From Mobula hypostoma (lineage: Eukaryota): a stretch of 64,000 nucleotides of DNA. The stretch covers positions 142,726,001-142,790,000 of the forward strand of contig NC_086097.1 in the NCBI RefSeq assembly GCF_963921235.1. The letters run 5' to 3'. The position numbers were made by a program, and so were the translations under genes. How positions within the stretch are numbered: position 1 is the first letter of the stretch; every line of letters begins with the position of its first letter. Under the pieces are notes generated by a model. That model saw only the letters and a program-made list of their open reading frames with translations, was not told where the DNA came from and made no database searches. This document shows, piece by piece, positions 62,456 through 64,000 of this stretch.

Positions 62456-64000
62456 CAGTCAGCTCTCCTTATCCGTGGGTTCTGCATGCGCGGATTCAAC
62501 CAACCGCGGATCCGGAGAACCTGGAAGTTCTCTCTCCAGCACTCATTGTTTGTTCGTCTCGCGTCTTGTGTTGTGAGTGAGAGGAAGGACTTTAATTAGA
62601 TTCAACTTTATTGTCATTGTGCCGAGTACAGATTCAAAGCCAGTGAAATGCAAAGAATAGTGTTACTCACAAAATAACTGCGAATAAAAAAAGTGCCACA
62701 GCACACAAATATAAAAGTACTGAGACAGTACAATATGGGTGCAATACTGCTTAGTGCTGTGATGAGAGGTTCAGCAGTGTCACAGCCTCAGGGAAGAAGC
62801 TCTTCCTGTGCCTGCTGGTGCGGGAGCGGAGGCTCCTGTAGTGCCTACCGGATGGGAGGGAGTAAAAAGTCCATGATTAGGGTGAGATGCATCCCTGATA
62901 ATGCCTTTCGCCCTGCCCAGGCAGTGTTTATGGTAGATGTTTTCAATGGTGGGCAATTGGGTGCCGATAATCCACTGGGCAGTTTTCACCACACGCTGGA
63001 GCGCTTTGCAGGCCGATACGGGACAATTGCCATACCACACTGAGATGCAGTTGGTGAGTATGCTCTCAATGGTACAGCGGTAAAAGTCCGTCAGTATCCT
63101 GGGACAGAGGTGAGCTTTCTTCATGCTCTGCAGGAAATAAAGGCGCTATTGCGCCTTTTTGATCAGGATGGAGGAGTTCAGGGACCAGGTGAGATCCTCC
63201 GAAATGTGGACACCAAGGAATTTGAAGCTTGATACACACTCCACTACAGCTCCGTTGATGTAGATGGGGACGTGAGTGTGACTCCTGGCATGCCTGAAAT
63301 CCACAATGATCTCTTTGGTCTTCTGGGTGTTAAGGGCCAGGTTGTTGTCGGCACACCACATGGCCAGGTGCTGGACCTCGTCCCTGTAGGCCGTCTCGTC
63401 ATCCCCTCTGATCAACCACCGTGGTGCTGTCTGCGAACTTGATTATGGAGTTGGAACCACGTACAGGAATGCAGTCATAGGTGAAAAGGGAATACAGAAG
63501 AGGGCTCAGCACACAGCCTTGAGGCACACCAGTGTTCAGGGTGAGAGTTGGGGAGGAGAGGTTGTCTAACTTAACTGATTGGGGTCTGTTAGTCAGAAAG
63601 TCCAAGGTCCAATTGCAGAGGGATACGCTGATACCAAGCTGGCGAAGTTTGGTGATCACCTTGAGGGGATCACAGGATTGAATGCCGAACTAAAGTCAAT
63701 GAACAGCATTCTGACGTAAGAGTTGGGGCTGTCCAGGTGGGTCAGGGCAGAGTGAAGTGCTAGTTCTTAAGGCTAGTAAGCAATGGCTGGCTAGGTATGT
63801 AAAGCACTACAGCCTCAAGAACTTCAGGATCACGGGAGAATCGGGATTGGCTGATGCGGAGGCGGCATCAGTGTTCCCAGAAGAGCTACGATGGTTGCGT
63901 CCGTACTGAACACGTACAGACTATTTTTCTTGTCATTATTCCCTAACTAACTATCTAACTAATAATACAGTATAACAACTATTTACATAGCATTTACATT
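62456..64000 (+). mobile_element. Tigger/pogo (MER8/Tigger3-like) MITE interrupted by a Rex1 LINE; runs off the window
   Basis: TA|CAGTCAGCTCTCCTTATCCGTGGGTTCTGCAT..GGATTCAACCAACCGCGGATC, and at 63903-64000 GTACTGAACACGTACAGAC..CTTGTCATTATTCCCTAA..TACAGTATAACAACTATTTACATAGCATTTACATT. Confidence 0.8.
62596..63760 (-). mobile_element. Rex1-type LINE, young, 5'-truncated
   Basis: Minus ORFs: [56 protein letters not shown]. Confidence 0.93.

Overview
Eukaryotic, AT-rich, repeat-dense vertebrate DNA. The repeat mix (HER1/CR1, Rex1-type, RTE, Tx1, Penelope, HE1/Deu-type SINEs, Tc1, hAT, Chapaev3, BEL/Pao) points to a cartilaginous fish, probably a ray; this is inference. Almost all ORFs in the track are decayed transposon pieces or chance frames. 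A CpG island at about 51.3-52.2 kb appears to start an unidentified minus-strand spliced gene, with first-exon ATG MGDAYDPEHPT and candidate exons at 37.5, 19.5, 19.1 and 3.5 kb. It may also start a divergent plus-strand transcript. Most notable: (1) a family of Penelope-type terminal repeats carrying minimal type-I hammerhead ribozymes, which insert as short tail+palindrome units with 12-15 bp TSDs; (2) a TE-free ~108 nt hairpin next to an intronic poly(A) signal; (3) a twin-primed RTE inside a Tc1; (4) a microhomology-deleted BEL/Pao provirus with both LTRs and TSD. All alignments and translations were done by eye, so family names need database confirmation.
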